64,000 nucleotides of DNA. Origin: Ginglymostoma cirratum. Lineage: Eukaryota. Shown piece by piece: positions 52,471 through 64,000 of the stretch; positions within the stretch are counted from its first letter, which is position 1; every line of letters starts with the position of its first letter. The position numbers and the translations under genes were made by a program. The stretch lies in the NCBI GenBank assembly GCA_024137785.1, contig JAHRHZ010000098.1, positions 21,262,113 through 21,326,112 on the forward strand, read 5' to 3'. The notes under the pieces were generated by a model that was given only the letters and a program-made list of their open reading frames with translations, was not told the DNA's origin and searched no databases.

Positions 52471-55054
52471 TCAATTTACTTTTCATCCTCATTCCTCTCA
52501 GTGTGACATTTAATCTCTTCTAAAGAGCTTAATTAATGTACTGCCTTGAGCCCTCACTGCTTCTTAGGTGCTTCAGCCAGCTCTGATTCAATATCTGTTC
52601 TATCACATTGCGCAGGAGCATGAATATGCAGTTAGAAAACATTTGTTTAAATTGGTAACTCAATCAGACATTGTAATGGTAAGATGATGAATGAGTTGAT
52701 ATGAGTTAAATGAACTTTCATGTACTCTGAAAACAGGATTTCTGTAAAAGAAATTTATTTATACAAAACAAGATCTGAACTTCTGTCTGCGTTTTGTTAT
52801 CTCATTATTCTGCAGTTTTAAAAGGTGGTGACCTGAATATAAAGTATTTATTCTGTCTTCTCTTTTTGGAGCTTCCTTGGCTTCAAAATTAAATTTAGTA
52901 CAATCTGCAATTTGTTGATACGTATTTAGTACAAGAAAAAGAAGAAATTATATTTATGTAGCATCTCATTAAAGGCCATAAGATGAAAGAAATAAGATTT
53001 TCATTAAAAATGGATTTATTTCTCTATTAAGTCTGTTACCAGTGAACTTTTTCTTGTACTAAGTATTTGCAGTTTTGTAAGGCATGGTAACTGTTTTGTA
53101 AATCAAAATCTGTTTTATGTTAGTTGCTGTACACTGCTATGTTACAACATGACTTTCAGTTCTTTAAAAAGATGTTGATAGTCATCACATCACATGCTGA
53201 ATAGATACATTGGATAGAGTGTTTTGTATGTCTACAAGATTGTTTTGGTTTGTTAAACTAAAAATAAATATATTTAAGTGGCATAGGCTTTGGGTCAGCT
53301 CTGTAATATGTACATGGTATTGAGATCATGTTGCAAATTAATAAAGGTGAAATGGCACCATGAAAGGGGTGACCAAACTTGGGCTGATGTCGAGATTGCC
53401 ATGTGACAATGTTTCTAACCTCACCTGACTCCAGTTCTGTCTCGGTTCTTCTGCTGAAATCCTCATCCACGCCTTTGTCACCTTCAGTCTCAACTATTCC
53501 AGTGTTCTCCTGAATGTACCATTTGATAACAATATTGTTCTACATATTCTGCTGCCCTGACATGAGCAAGGCTCACTTCATCTTTTGATCTGCCAGCTGG
53601 CAAGGAGACCCAATGTGAAGTATTTTCAGAGCTTTGAAAATAGACCATGTAGACCAGCAAGTCGGGAAACCACAGCATTACTCAGTGATAAATGTTATAA
53701 CCACAAAATTTGTTATGTGACAAACATTTGGAGTTGCACATTTCATCTATTCAATTTTCAAGAAACTGGACAGCTTTATTCACTTAAATTCTGTGAAATC
53801 TCAACCAAAAACTATGTTTGCAATATCACCATTTTAGCAGAAATGAAGGTACTAGGAAAGAGAGATTGTGTTCTAAGACAGGTGAAAAGCTAAGACTGAT
53901 GAAAAACAACATCGTGTTGCAATAGAATCTGAAGACAATACAGAAAAATGGGTCAAAAGCACCTTGCAGCTACAAATTGAATTGTGATAGATTCATTTAT
54001 TTTGCACCGTTTTCTCTGAAGGAAGTGACTTACTGACCCATAGCAATTCTTTGAGTCAAGATTAAGAGAAAGTTCTCATAAGCTATTTAGTTATGACAGA
54101 GTTTTATTGCAGCTGAGCTGATTCTGTTCTTACCTAATGTTTGCCATCTGGTAGGACTGAGCTTAAATCAAATAACTGAAAATTAATCTTGCAGCTTTTT
54201 GGTGTTTATTATCTCATGCCTTTTCCCATTATTAACCCATTGGGGAACTAATTTTGCATTCTTTTTCTCAATTGTCCGCTGGCTTAATTGTGACCTGTAA
54301 ATTTAGGTAAGTAGTCAAGTCTCCCAGTTATCAAAATCATAGTTTGTTGGGATTAGGTTGAGTTGTTGAGGTTATTATTTATTAAAACTTGGGTAGATTG
54401 AGAAATCTTGAAAGAATGTCAGCAATAAAGGATTAGGGTTTGGGATGGGAAAGTGGAGAATAATAAGCCATGATTTTATTGAGGAGGCATACGGTCTATT
54501 CCTGCTTCCCTTTCTAATTCTTTTACAAGAATTTTACATATTCTTTCAGAAATAAATGTAAAGGAGATATCCTTTAGATCTTTTCTGAGCTACTGTAAAT
54601 TTTTGCCCTGAAAACTGAAAGTACTGTTTCAGTAGGAGAAGATAAAAACACCCTCTAGTAATTGAAGTCTGCCATCTTTGTATTTAATTCTCAGAATTTA
54701 CATATATTACGGAGCCAGTGGTGGTTTGATTACATGGTGCTTAGTTAAATCTAGGTTTCATATCTTGATTGTGTTTATGTTGGGGAACAGGTAGATTAAG
54801 AAGTTGAAGCAACTTTTCTGATTTTGTTTGCCTGAAATTAGGCCAGTTAAGATCAGCACGTGATGAGGACCATGACCATGTGGTTTATGCCCAGCCGGGA
54901 ACAAATTTATAAAATATGCTACCAACTCTGCATTATATTGAGGGCCTTGTGACACAATGGTACCTCTGGGCCAGAAGGTCTGGATTCACGTCCCCACCTA
55001 CCATGGAGATGAATCAGAACCTATTCCAAACAGGTTGATGAAAAAATAATTAAC

Positions 55055-55330
55055 ACTGGTTTCATCCCTGGCAAGTGCTGAGTTTGTGATCTCATACACA
55101 AGGTGTTAGTGGGAGGGATACAATCAGTCACAGCATCATTTTGCTTGGATGAGAGAAATCAGCTTTCCTCCTGCTCTTGGTAACTACTTAGTGGTTCCTT
55201 TTTTTTTTAACTTGGAAGTTTATTCATCGCATTGAGCTTTGTAGTGGTATTGGTTAAAATCTTTGCTAACTCTTGCTGAGTTCATGCATAAAAACGTTCA
55301 CTTGTGCTGGAATGATTCACTGGACAGGCC
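55055..55330 (+). mobile_element. Ancient tRNA-SINE (AmnSINE2-like), second copy
   Basis: atccctggcaagtgctgagtttgtgatctca...gagaaatcagc is similar to 48925-49030. Confidence 0.45.
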
Positions 55331-55559
55331 TTGCAGGAAGTGGTCGTTGTGAATCATGTTTTCTATTTAGGGCAAAATAGTTTCGTATAATGTTGAATGA
55401 CTTAAGGGAAATCAGTTCCCCAGTTTAAGGGTCATGCAGTGTACTTGCTCATGCTGTTATAATCACAGCTGAATCCAAGTGATTGCACTTCAGTAATGCA
55501 TTTAGACTGATGTGTGCAATATGAGGCTTCTGGAGCATTGTGAGAGTGAAAAAATTGTC

Positions 55560-55895
55560 ACAGTTGTACAGCATAGAAAAGACCCTTCAGCCCACCATGT
55601 TAATGTCAGCCAACAACATCAAACTGCATTAATCTCATTTGGTCCATAACCTACTCTGCTGTGACATTTTAACTACTAATCCAGATGCTTCTTAAATGTT
55701 GCGAGAGTACTTGCTTCCAGCACCCCTGCCAGGCAGCAAGGTCCATTGTTTGTACCACCCTCTAGCTGCATGTTTTTCTTTTTCTCTCAGATCTCCTCTA
55801 AACCATTTACTCCTCACCTTAACACTTAAGCAGTCTGGTCTTGGACATGTCTGCCGTGGGGAAAAGATTCTCACAATCTACTCTGTCTATATATA
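55560..55895 (-). mobile_element. CR1 LINE 3' fragment
   Basis: Minus strand ...LKVR..RFRGDLR...; tail cagcatagaaaagacccttcagccc. Confidence 0.8.
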
Positions 55896-55899
55896 CCTC

Positions 55900-56775
55900 C
55901 CAGTGTACTTCCAGTGTCCATGGTGACCACGTATGTAGGAAGAGTGTTCTGTAGCTGCAGCTGCATGGAGCACCTGGAGCTGTAAGTAGACTCACTATGG
56001 AGCATCCATGATGTTGAGGCTGTTGTGGGTAGCACATTTAGTGAGCTGGTCACACCACTAGTAAGGGCTACACAGGCAGAAAAGCATTGAGTGACCCACC
56101 TGGAAGGTTGGCAAGCGTGGGCAGGCAGTGCAGGAATTCCCTGTGACTATCCTCGCTCAATATACCTTGATATACCATGTTGCATATTGTTGGAGGAGGA
56201 TCCTCTTAGGGGAAAGCAGCAACAGCAAAGTTTTTGGTACCACGATTGTCTCTTCTGTACAGAAAGGGAGACAAAAGACTGGGAGAGCTTTAGTGACTGG
56301 GGACTTGATTGTAAGGGGAACCAACAGGCGGTTTTGTGGCAGCAAACGAGACCTTCCAAATGGTATGTTGCCTCCCCAGGATCGGGGATGACTCAGAAGG
56401 TTGAGGGCATTCTGAAGGGGGAGAATGAACAGTCAGCAGTCATGGAGCATGTCGGTGCCAACGACATGGGTAAAAAAGAAATGCGGTCCTGCAATGGGAA
56501 TTTAGAGAGTTGGGTAGTAGATTAAAGACGAAGACTACTAAGACTGTAATCTCTGGCACTTCCAGTGCCATATGCTACTGAGTATGAATAGGAAGATAGA
56601 TCAGACGAACATGTAGCTAAAGGGATGGTGTAGGAAGGAGGTCTTTAGATTTTTGGATCATTGGGACAGCTTCTGTGGTAGGTGGGACTGGAATGGTTTG
56701 TACTTGAACCAGAATGGGTCCAATATCCTTGCTGGGAGGCTTGCTGGGCTGTTGAGGATGTTTTAAACTGGAAAA
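55900..56775 (+). mobile_element. CR1 ORF1 (SGNH/esterase type) fragment
   Basis: RALVTGDLIVRGTNRRFCG (GDS-like block), EQSAVMEHVGANDMGK, and F.FLDHWD.F; frameshifted. Confidence 0.88.
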
Positions 56776-57215
56776 CTTTAAAAAGGTAGGGGGATGGGGC
56801 ATGGAATAGATATAAATTCAGGAGGAAGGTCCAATCAAATATAAAGCCCCATATCTTTTTCATTTTACTTTATTTTTAATGTGGGCTGAACTGGGAAGAG
56901 GACTGTCTTACAATGAAGAACTGAGGAAGGAATTGCTTACTTTTAAAAAGCATATTTCTGAAACTTGTTAAATTGTGTTTACACTGTTACTTTGCAAGAG
57001 TGGAGGAAGGCGTAAGATGGCACCGCTCCAGCGTGTGTATATAGAGTGATATTTGGCCAGCAACAGGTCACGTATTGGTTTGTGGAGTTGTGACCAGTTG
57101 TGGATGACAGGCCATCAGCCTGACAATAACTATTAGCTATTGGGTAGATGAAGAGTTTGTGTGTATGAACGATACTGACAAAGACTTCAGCCCATTGAAA
57201 TGTCAGATGGTGTCA

Positions 57216-57218
<3 letters not shown>

Positions 57219-57288
<70 letters not shown>
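57219..57288. repeat. (TC)35 microsatellite
   Basis: Perfect 70-bp TC run. Confidence 0.99.
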
Positions 57289-57290
<2 letters not shown>

Positions 57291-59399
57291 CGCTCCCCCA
57301 GTACAATAGTTGAAGCTAAAGAAAACCAGCTGTTTATCCCCATGTTTTCTGTTAGTCCAAGTATCAGTCAGGGAAATTAGGGGCTTTGTGTACTTGGTTA
57401 AAACATTTCAAGTTTTATGATAACTCCGGCAATAACGGGGCTTGATTTCCAGCACACTGTGTTCCCAGTGAGGCTTAATAGCACGAACAGAATTGTTTCA
57501 TTATATGTCTCAATTATATCCATCCTAAGTCTATGCTGCTGTGATGTTGAGCCCCAACTCTTATGGCCTATCTTAGCAACTAATATGTAGTGAATTTTGG
57601 CTTCTCCTACACCCTTTCTAAATCCCAGTATTAACTACCATGTGATGAATCTGAACCTGAGCATAATGTTCTAACTAAGGCCTAATAATAGTCCTGTGCC
57701 ATAATGCCATTTGTTTTATGGTGAGGTTTGGTGACACATTATCTATATTCAAAAAACCTATACAGGTAAGTAGAAGTCAGTGGCCAACTATCAGATATTG
57801 AGGGATGTGGAGTAGTGTGGCAAAATGGCAGAGGTGGAAGATGAGCCATAATTTCATTGATTGGCAGAGCAGACTCAAGGGGCCAAATGGCCTACTGCTC
57901 CTATTTTCTAATTAATCGTCCTGCCAATACATGTAAAATAACTGAATTGGATTATCAGAAGTAAACATAAGAATTTTCTATACAACAATCTGATAAAAGC
58001 AGTTGACATGGATTCAGACAGAAGAAAATTCTGCCTGATCTTCTCTACTCCTTTAAGAAATGGCAACCCAAGTGAATTGTTTGAAACCGTCTCACATGTT
58101 GTACGTTGACTTCTAAAAAGTATTTTGATTAATTTTCACATAATTTATTAATTTGATACGAAATTGTAATGAAGAAGTGTAAGTTACCGGAATGGATGAA
58201 GCAACCCACTAAGCTGCAGGAAACGAATACTAGTCGGAGAAATTATGTCATTGAGGGGGAAGTTTGGATTGTGATACTTCAGGTTTTGTTGGTGATGGAA
58301 CTATTTCACATTTACATAAATGACGTGGAATTAGAAGTGGTTAGAATTGCAAATAAAAAAAAAAGGAGATTGAAACTTCGAAGAGGCAGCTCCAAAATTA
58401 TAGAAACAATTGGACGAGATATATACATTTCAAAAAGTTGAAACAGAAGAGAAGTTCATCTGGGGAATTACTCAGAATTATTGTCTAGATAACATTCAAA
58501 CTAAAATATAGACTACTTTTCTCCTTGGTATGTAGACACAATCCATGCAAACTGCCTAGTGGAGCAAACAGGGTATGTTGATTACGGTTTTTCATTCTCC
58601 AAGTGCACCTAGAATTCAATTTCAGGTGACAAAATCGACTCAGTGGACAGGAGAATCACTGTCAATCTTTCTTTTCCAGTGGAGGGTGTATGCAACTGCC
58701 TGTTCGTTCGGCTGCCCCCACCTGAAAGTCAGGTTTCATTGGAAGCAATTATGTCAATTCAGAGTCTTGATGGTTCATGAGATAAGATTGCTGCCTTTTC
58801 TGAATGGTCACCCTTGAGATCGCTGATGAATGTTTTAAAATTCCAAATCGCAAAAGTTAGTTTTCTTTCTTTGACCACACAGATTGTAACCTGCAGGGTG
58901 AAGCTCCCTGACCAGGAGAAAGTTAGGGACAGCTTATTTGTGGAGCACCTTTTTCTAGCCTCTTCCCAATTTGTGATAAGTAGAAGGTATACTGAAGAGA
59001 ACGTGCCAGTCACAGATGTTGCTGCTCAAAGATGTCTCTATCTCAACACAGATGTCCAACAGCCTTTGTACGTCTGTTGCTTGTATGCACGTGTAGGGGC
59101 TTCCATGTTCTTAGCCTAGTCTCTGTCACCAATTCCCCATCACTACAGGATTTGGTAAATCAATGCTGATAGAAGCCTATATGTGATTTTTTTTTTTAGG
59201 TTGAGACCTAAGGGTCCCACCATTGTCCACACTATCACTCAAAAAATTGTCAGAAGGCAAAATCTCTTCACCCATCAGATCCATGGAGTGATTCTGAGTA
59301 CACTGAGATTTATTGAAATGTTCTTTTAATTGTAGTGTTAAAAACATTTTAAAATCCTTAAGCTAGAAAAGACCCAGACAATCAAAAAATGCCAACATT

Positions 59400-60090
59400 T
59401 TCAAAATGAAATATGAGGAAACTATAAGCCAATTAGCTTAACATCAGTCATTTGGAGAATATTAGAGTATTAGTTGCAGTTAGAAATACATAATATAATT
59501 GTGAAGAGTAGCTATGTCTTCATGAAGGGAAAATCATGCCTAACAATTTTATTTGACTTCTTTGAGAAGGTGCTAAGCAGGATAGATAAAGGCAAAACAG
59601 TAGAGGTAATGTATTTGGATTTGCAAAAGGCATTCAATAAGAGACTGCATGTAAGGCTACATAATAAAATTTGAGCCCATGGTTACTGTTGTGGGTCCGG
59701 TATTATAGTGGTCTACAGCACAGAAAAGGACCCTTCGGCCCTTTGAGTTTACACTGGTCATTACAAGCACCCAACTATTCTAATCCCATTTACCAGCCCA
59801 ATTAAGATACGCAAAGAGGTTTTGTTTATTCTGAGGGTAAAGAATCTGTGAAACTCTTTATCACAGAGTGCTGTCGAGGCTAAGTTATATTTATATTAAA
59901 ATATTTATTTATATAAATATTTATATTTATATTATATTTATTACAGATTTTTAATTGGCAGGGGAGTCAAGGGTTACGGGCTTGATGCAGGAAAGTGGAG
60001 GTGAGGATTGTCAGATCAACCATAATCTAATTGAATGGTGGAGCAGTTGATAGGCTCAATGGCCTGTTCCTATTCCTATGTGTTATGGTC
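59400..60090 (+). mobile_element. Fragmented CR1: RT piece, antisense CR1 tail insert, then 3' end
   Basis: NYKPISLTSVI and FMKGKSCLTILFDFFEKV...VMYLDLQKAFNK (59420-59680); antisense tail about 59715-59800; sense 3' region 59800-60090. Confidence 0.88.
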
Positions 60091-61619
60091 TTCTGGTCTA
60101 ACCCTGAGCTAAATTGTTAAAATAATACCATTACATTTCAGTGAATTAACTGCTCCACTTCAAGCAGTTTCATGAATGGGAATGAACTTGGTACCTGTTA
60201 ATAACTTCCGTATTTCACTGTTTAACTACAGGCCAGTATCTACAGTCAGTGTCAGCAGTGAAATGTTAAACACAAATGACCTAAATAAGCGAGAATTTCT
60301 AAAGAATACAATAGATCGTTTTTATTTTTTAAAATGTGCAATGTTTAAATCTGGAATTAGAAATTGAGTGAAATGAAGGAATAAAAACAAAAAAGATTTT
60401 TTTTGCAGTTATCTCGATCAACGGTGACAATAGTTGCCTGTATGACAGGAAATTCAGGAAGCACATGTTGGCCTGCAGGGTTTGTATATCATCTGGGCCT
60501 CCTGATTGCCTCAGTGAGAGGCTTTTCCTGTTATTCAAATACCAAGAAATGTGTCAGCAATTAATCATGGTGAGATTTACAGAACTCTGCACTCCGTCTT
60601 CTCTCAGCCACTTTCCTCATGTTTCCATGAATTAGATTCACATTTCCTGACTAACTGTGTGAAAACTAATGATAGCTTGAGTTGGCCCAGACCCCACTGA
60701 CGCACAGATTGCCTGTAACCCATATCCTGACTACTTTGCTTCTTTTTCTAACCCCTATTTCACATGTTCAGTGTAGTGAAATGTAGACAGTTGTCTTCCA
60801 ATGTGATGTGAACTGGTAAAGTGCAGTATTTATTTTGGCAGCTCATGATCGAGATACAGTGATAATTCAAACATCCAATTCGTAATGAGCTACAGAAACA
60901 GTATTTTTCTGTGAGTTATTAATGTATTTATGTATCAGTAGTGAATAAAACACTTTATTTTTAAATAGAAACTTCTACATTCATTTTTTGACTTGTTTGC
61001 TGATTCCATACAACAGCTCAAATGTTGAGGAATGTGAGTGAGGCTTTGTTTTGGGGTTTGCTTTGTTGCTAAGCTAGTCAAACATTATTCCTCTTCAAAG
61101 TTAATCAATAATATGTCTTTGATGAGAAATATAATGAGAGACTGCTTTTAATGCTGTTTTATGGGCAAGAAGAATATAACTGTGGGTTTTAAAAATAGTG
61201 AGAATGCCATCACTGTCCACTTTATGTGATCCTGCTGTTTTTAGTAGTAATGTTAATGAGATGGCACAAAAAATAATTCCAAGGCGCATCCCTGGGACAT
61301 AGCTCCTGCTGGGAGCTATCCACCAGTTTTACTCAACACAGCTTCGAAGCAGCTCAGGTTTACCATGCTGGCTTTTTCTTGTTGATGGCATGTAAAATTA
61401 TTTTCCAGTTACAATTATCGCACGTCAAAGAGGAATATAGTATGTACTTATTGCTGCAGATGCACTGGGATCCACCAGGCAGACTTCAGAGCATCAGGGG
61501 TGGTAGCCTATTATAGGCTTCTCCTGGTATTGCACTAATATAAACACAGGCAGATTTAAGGATGCATGCTTTCATGGGAAAGGAACAGGAGGAGGGAATA
61601 GGCACAAACAAAATCAATA

Positions 61620-62655
61620 AGGTCTGTCCACAATGCCACAGAATGCTTCCCTCAGCCTTACTGTGCCAAATGTGAATAACTTTGTGCAGAAAAGCACCAG
61701 GGGCAGGAAGTCCATAAGGCAGTGGTCTGCATTTAAAATCCATGTGGAACAGGAGGAGACGGTGAATCCTGTTGAATCGTTCCTGAGCAGATTGTCAATG
61801 TTTTTTGGCAGAATGCCTCCTTTTGGAAGACTCAAAACAAACACAAGTACATGGCTTAGCTAAAGGGTGAGATGGGCCTTCCCAGTTAGATCCATCCTGC
61901 ACACAGATATCCCAGGTCTGCAAGATTCCCACGAGATGGCTGCAGTAAGAAAGAGACTGTTAACTACTCCTTTCTGGAAGGTTTCTTTACAGCAGATGTT
62001 GAAATAGCTGCAGAAGTTTTTGTCCAAGTCCACCTCTACCAGCTCTCGATCATAGGACTGACTAAGTGCTGCATGGGTTGTTCCAAGGAATGCACATTGA
62101 GACAGACATTAGGTGTCACCGGAGGACCAAAAATTGGTGAAAGAAGCTCTGATTTGCCTGAGACTTCCTAGTCTTCCAGTTCAATGGGCTGTTGATGATC
62201 CAATGCTGCAGGCTGGCATATTGGAATGTCCAGAACTGCGTTTTTGAAAGATGAACAAAAATTTCACAGAATTGTAAAATATTATAGCACCAAAGAATGC
62301 TATTCTGCTCAATACGTCTATTCATGCTCTCCAGATGAGCATTTCATTTAATGCTATTTTCCTGTCTTTTCCGCATAACACTGCACAAAGGAGGAGCCGT
62401 TGCAGTGGCTCAATAGGGTAAAGGCATGTCGTATAGCAAGAGACTGGAACGTAAGTAGAACTGCTCCAGCTGTCCGTAGTAAACAGTGCTTGATGTGAAA
62501 TGGAAATGTACAATGTAAATAATAATCTGTAACGGCAAGTGTAGTGAGAGCCTTATGTACCACATTAAAAGAAGTTGATCTGCATTGCACTTTGATGTCA
62601 AATTTGAACTGTTGTGCATTTTTAGAGATGTTATGAATAAAAATATTTTTGGGAA
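61620..62655 (+). mobile_element. Decayed Tx1/L1-clade LINE, ORF2 C-terminus plus 3' UTR
   Basis: Frame pieces LSTMPQNA..LTVP, KSIRQWSA, EETVNPV, WQNAS, VLHGLFQGMHIETDI and QCCRLA resemble recalled shark Tx1 ORF2. Ends ttatgaataaaaatatttttg. Confidence 0.75.
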
Positions 62656-63283
62656 CAGTGTAATAATATGTGTTATCTTCCTTTACTGCTCTTTTATCAG
62701 TTATCTTAAAAGCATCATTGTCAATGTAAACCAATAGCTCATCCCACCTAAAAGGAAGTAGTGATTGAACCTGCAGCAGGAGAAAGATAGCAGCGGGAGA
62801 AATCAGTAAAGGGAAGTTAACAGCCATGATCACTTACTGCCATGATAGAGTTGGCTATTCAAAGGGATAATACGTTGAGCACAATAAGTGGTTACAACCT
62901 GCAATGTCTGTCTACTGTTTATGCAAATAATCTGAAGATTTTATCATATAATTCCACTAAAAAGGTATAATGTTTTGTTTTGATTTCTTGATATTGATTT
63001 AAGAAGTCCTGGGAAATAATTGTCCCTTTATTTGAGCTGGTGTGAGCACATGCAGGTTTAGGAATGAGAAAAAATCCAAAACTGTTGTTAAAAGATAATG
63101 ATTAATGGAAATTTGAAAAATATGCTAACCATGAGATGTTGTATGATGCTATTTCCCATTTGCTCCAAAGGGCCATTTGTTTGAATCCTTCAGGTTTTTG
63201 GACGCCTTAGAGATATCATGAAATGCAGTGCAATTAAGATAATATTAAACCTGCATGAAGTGTTTCAACTTGTTTTATTGCAG

Positions 63284-63378
63284 GTCTGATGGAGCTGATG
63301 TGGAACTGCTTGCTGCTCCCCACTCTAACAGCATGCAGACAGTGTCTGTTGATGGAAGCACAGATTCTGCACACCAAG
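63284..63378 (+). CDS. SH2B3: SH2B3/LNK-like coding exon (equivalent to human exon 5), PH-SH2 linker
   Basis: Acceptor ttgttttattgcag| and donor caag|gtaaca; 95 bp, phase 2-1, matching the phase-2 end of the previous exon. Translates SDGADVELLAAPHSNSMQTVSVDGSTDSAHQ(G), ending like human ...GSTDSLNQG. Confidence 0.9.
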
Positions 63379-64000
63379 GTAACAGGAAGATAATATCATT
63401 CAGTGGTTACAGAAGACTGCATTCAAATGTTGAGAAGTTTTAAAAACACTAACGTAATCCCATATTACCACTCTGCACTGAGGCATTGATGTATATTCAT
63501 CTGCTTACATGTCCCTTAACTGATGTCTTGACTGTCTAATGATACCCCTTAGACATCACAGTGGGTGGAATCATGTATAGACCCCCTCTCCAATTATATT
63601 GTAACATTATTAGTTTCCCATCTTCTTTAAATTGTAATTTATAATTTTGTTTTCTGTTTACGTGTTTTCTCTCCTGTCTTTGAAAATTTAAATTACTTTA
63701 ATTTTCTGCTGATGTTAAATGCAAATCTAAAAATTTATTGTATTCCCATTCTGCCTTGGTGCTGTGTTTTGCAGGGCAGGATTGGGTGACTCTTGAGGGC
63801 AGCAAAATTCTTGGGGTGGTTATCTCTGATCTTGCCTGGCATCTGCAAATCTCAAAATGACTACTTTAGTTTGCAGATCTGAAGGGTCGCTTGAGCTGCT
63901 TAAAAACTCCAGAGAGTTGATTTATTTTAGAATTGTGTGTGGCTATTTTGTGTTCTTAGTTGAATTATTTATAAATGTAAATGCTTTCAAACGCTGTGGT

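Noticed and set aside
6132-54696. STAT5-type TTCYNRGAA sites (6143 next to ATGCAAAT, 13417, 32918 next to TGTGGTT, 46973, 51859, 54688)
   Set aside because: Attractive for a JAK-STAT feedback gene, but about 5 are expected by chance in 64 kb of this composition and they are not clustered.
62354-62833. 159-aa minus-strand ORF
   Set aside because: Largely antisense to the Tx1-like 3' UTR; no recognisable protein motif.
63775-63860. Acceptor-like tgttttgcag as the next (SH2) exon
   Set aside because: In the required phase it reads QDWVTLEGSKILGVVISDLAWHLQISK* with no WFHG SH2 start. KILGV.IS.L.W looks like a retroelement RT remnant.
1-64000. Prokaryotic systems, CRISPR arrays, rRNA
   Set aside because: The sequence is eukaryotic intron; no repeat-spacer arrays, operons or rRNA similarity.

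Overview
AT-rich, repeat-dense vertebrate DNA. The repeats (HE1-type V-SINEs, Deu-domain SINEs, CR1/L2/RTE/Tx1 LINE remnants, Penelope-like elements) indicate a cartilaginous fish, probably a carpet shark (inference from remembered repeat families). The whole window lies inside one + strand gene, an SH2B-family adaptor most like SH2B3/LNK. Three coding exons are visible: 44796-44897 (102 bp), 51999-52090 (92 bp) and 63284-63378 (95 bp). They have GT-AG sites and compatible phases, and encode the C-terminal half of the PH domain plus the linker. No upstream or SH2 exon was found, so 1-44795 appears to be one long intron. The most notable non-coding signal is about 11 Penelope-derived minimal hammerhead-ribozyme motifs (CUGANGA-stem-GAAAC-GUH), often in fold-back insertions. 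One is a ~386-bp-arm palindrome with a 15-bp target-site duplication. Most ORFs in the supplied track are repeat-derived or chance. Repeat names come from recalled consensus features, not database searches, and repeat boundaries are approximate.
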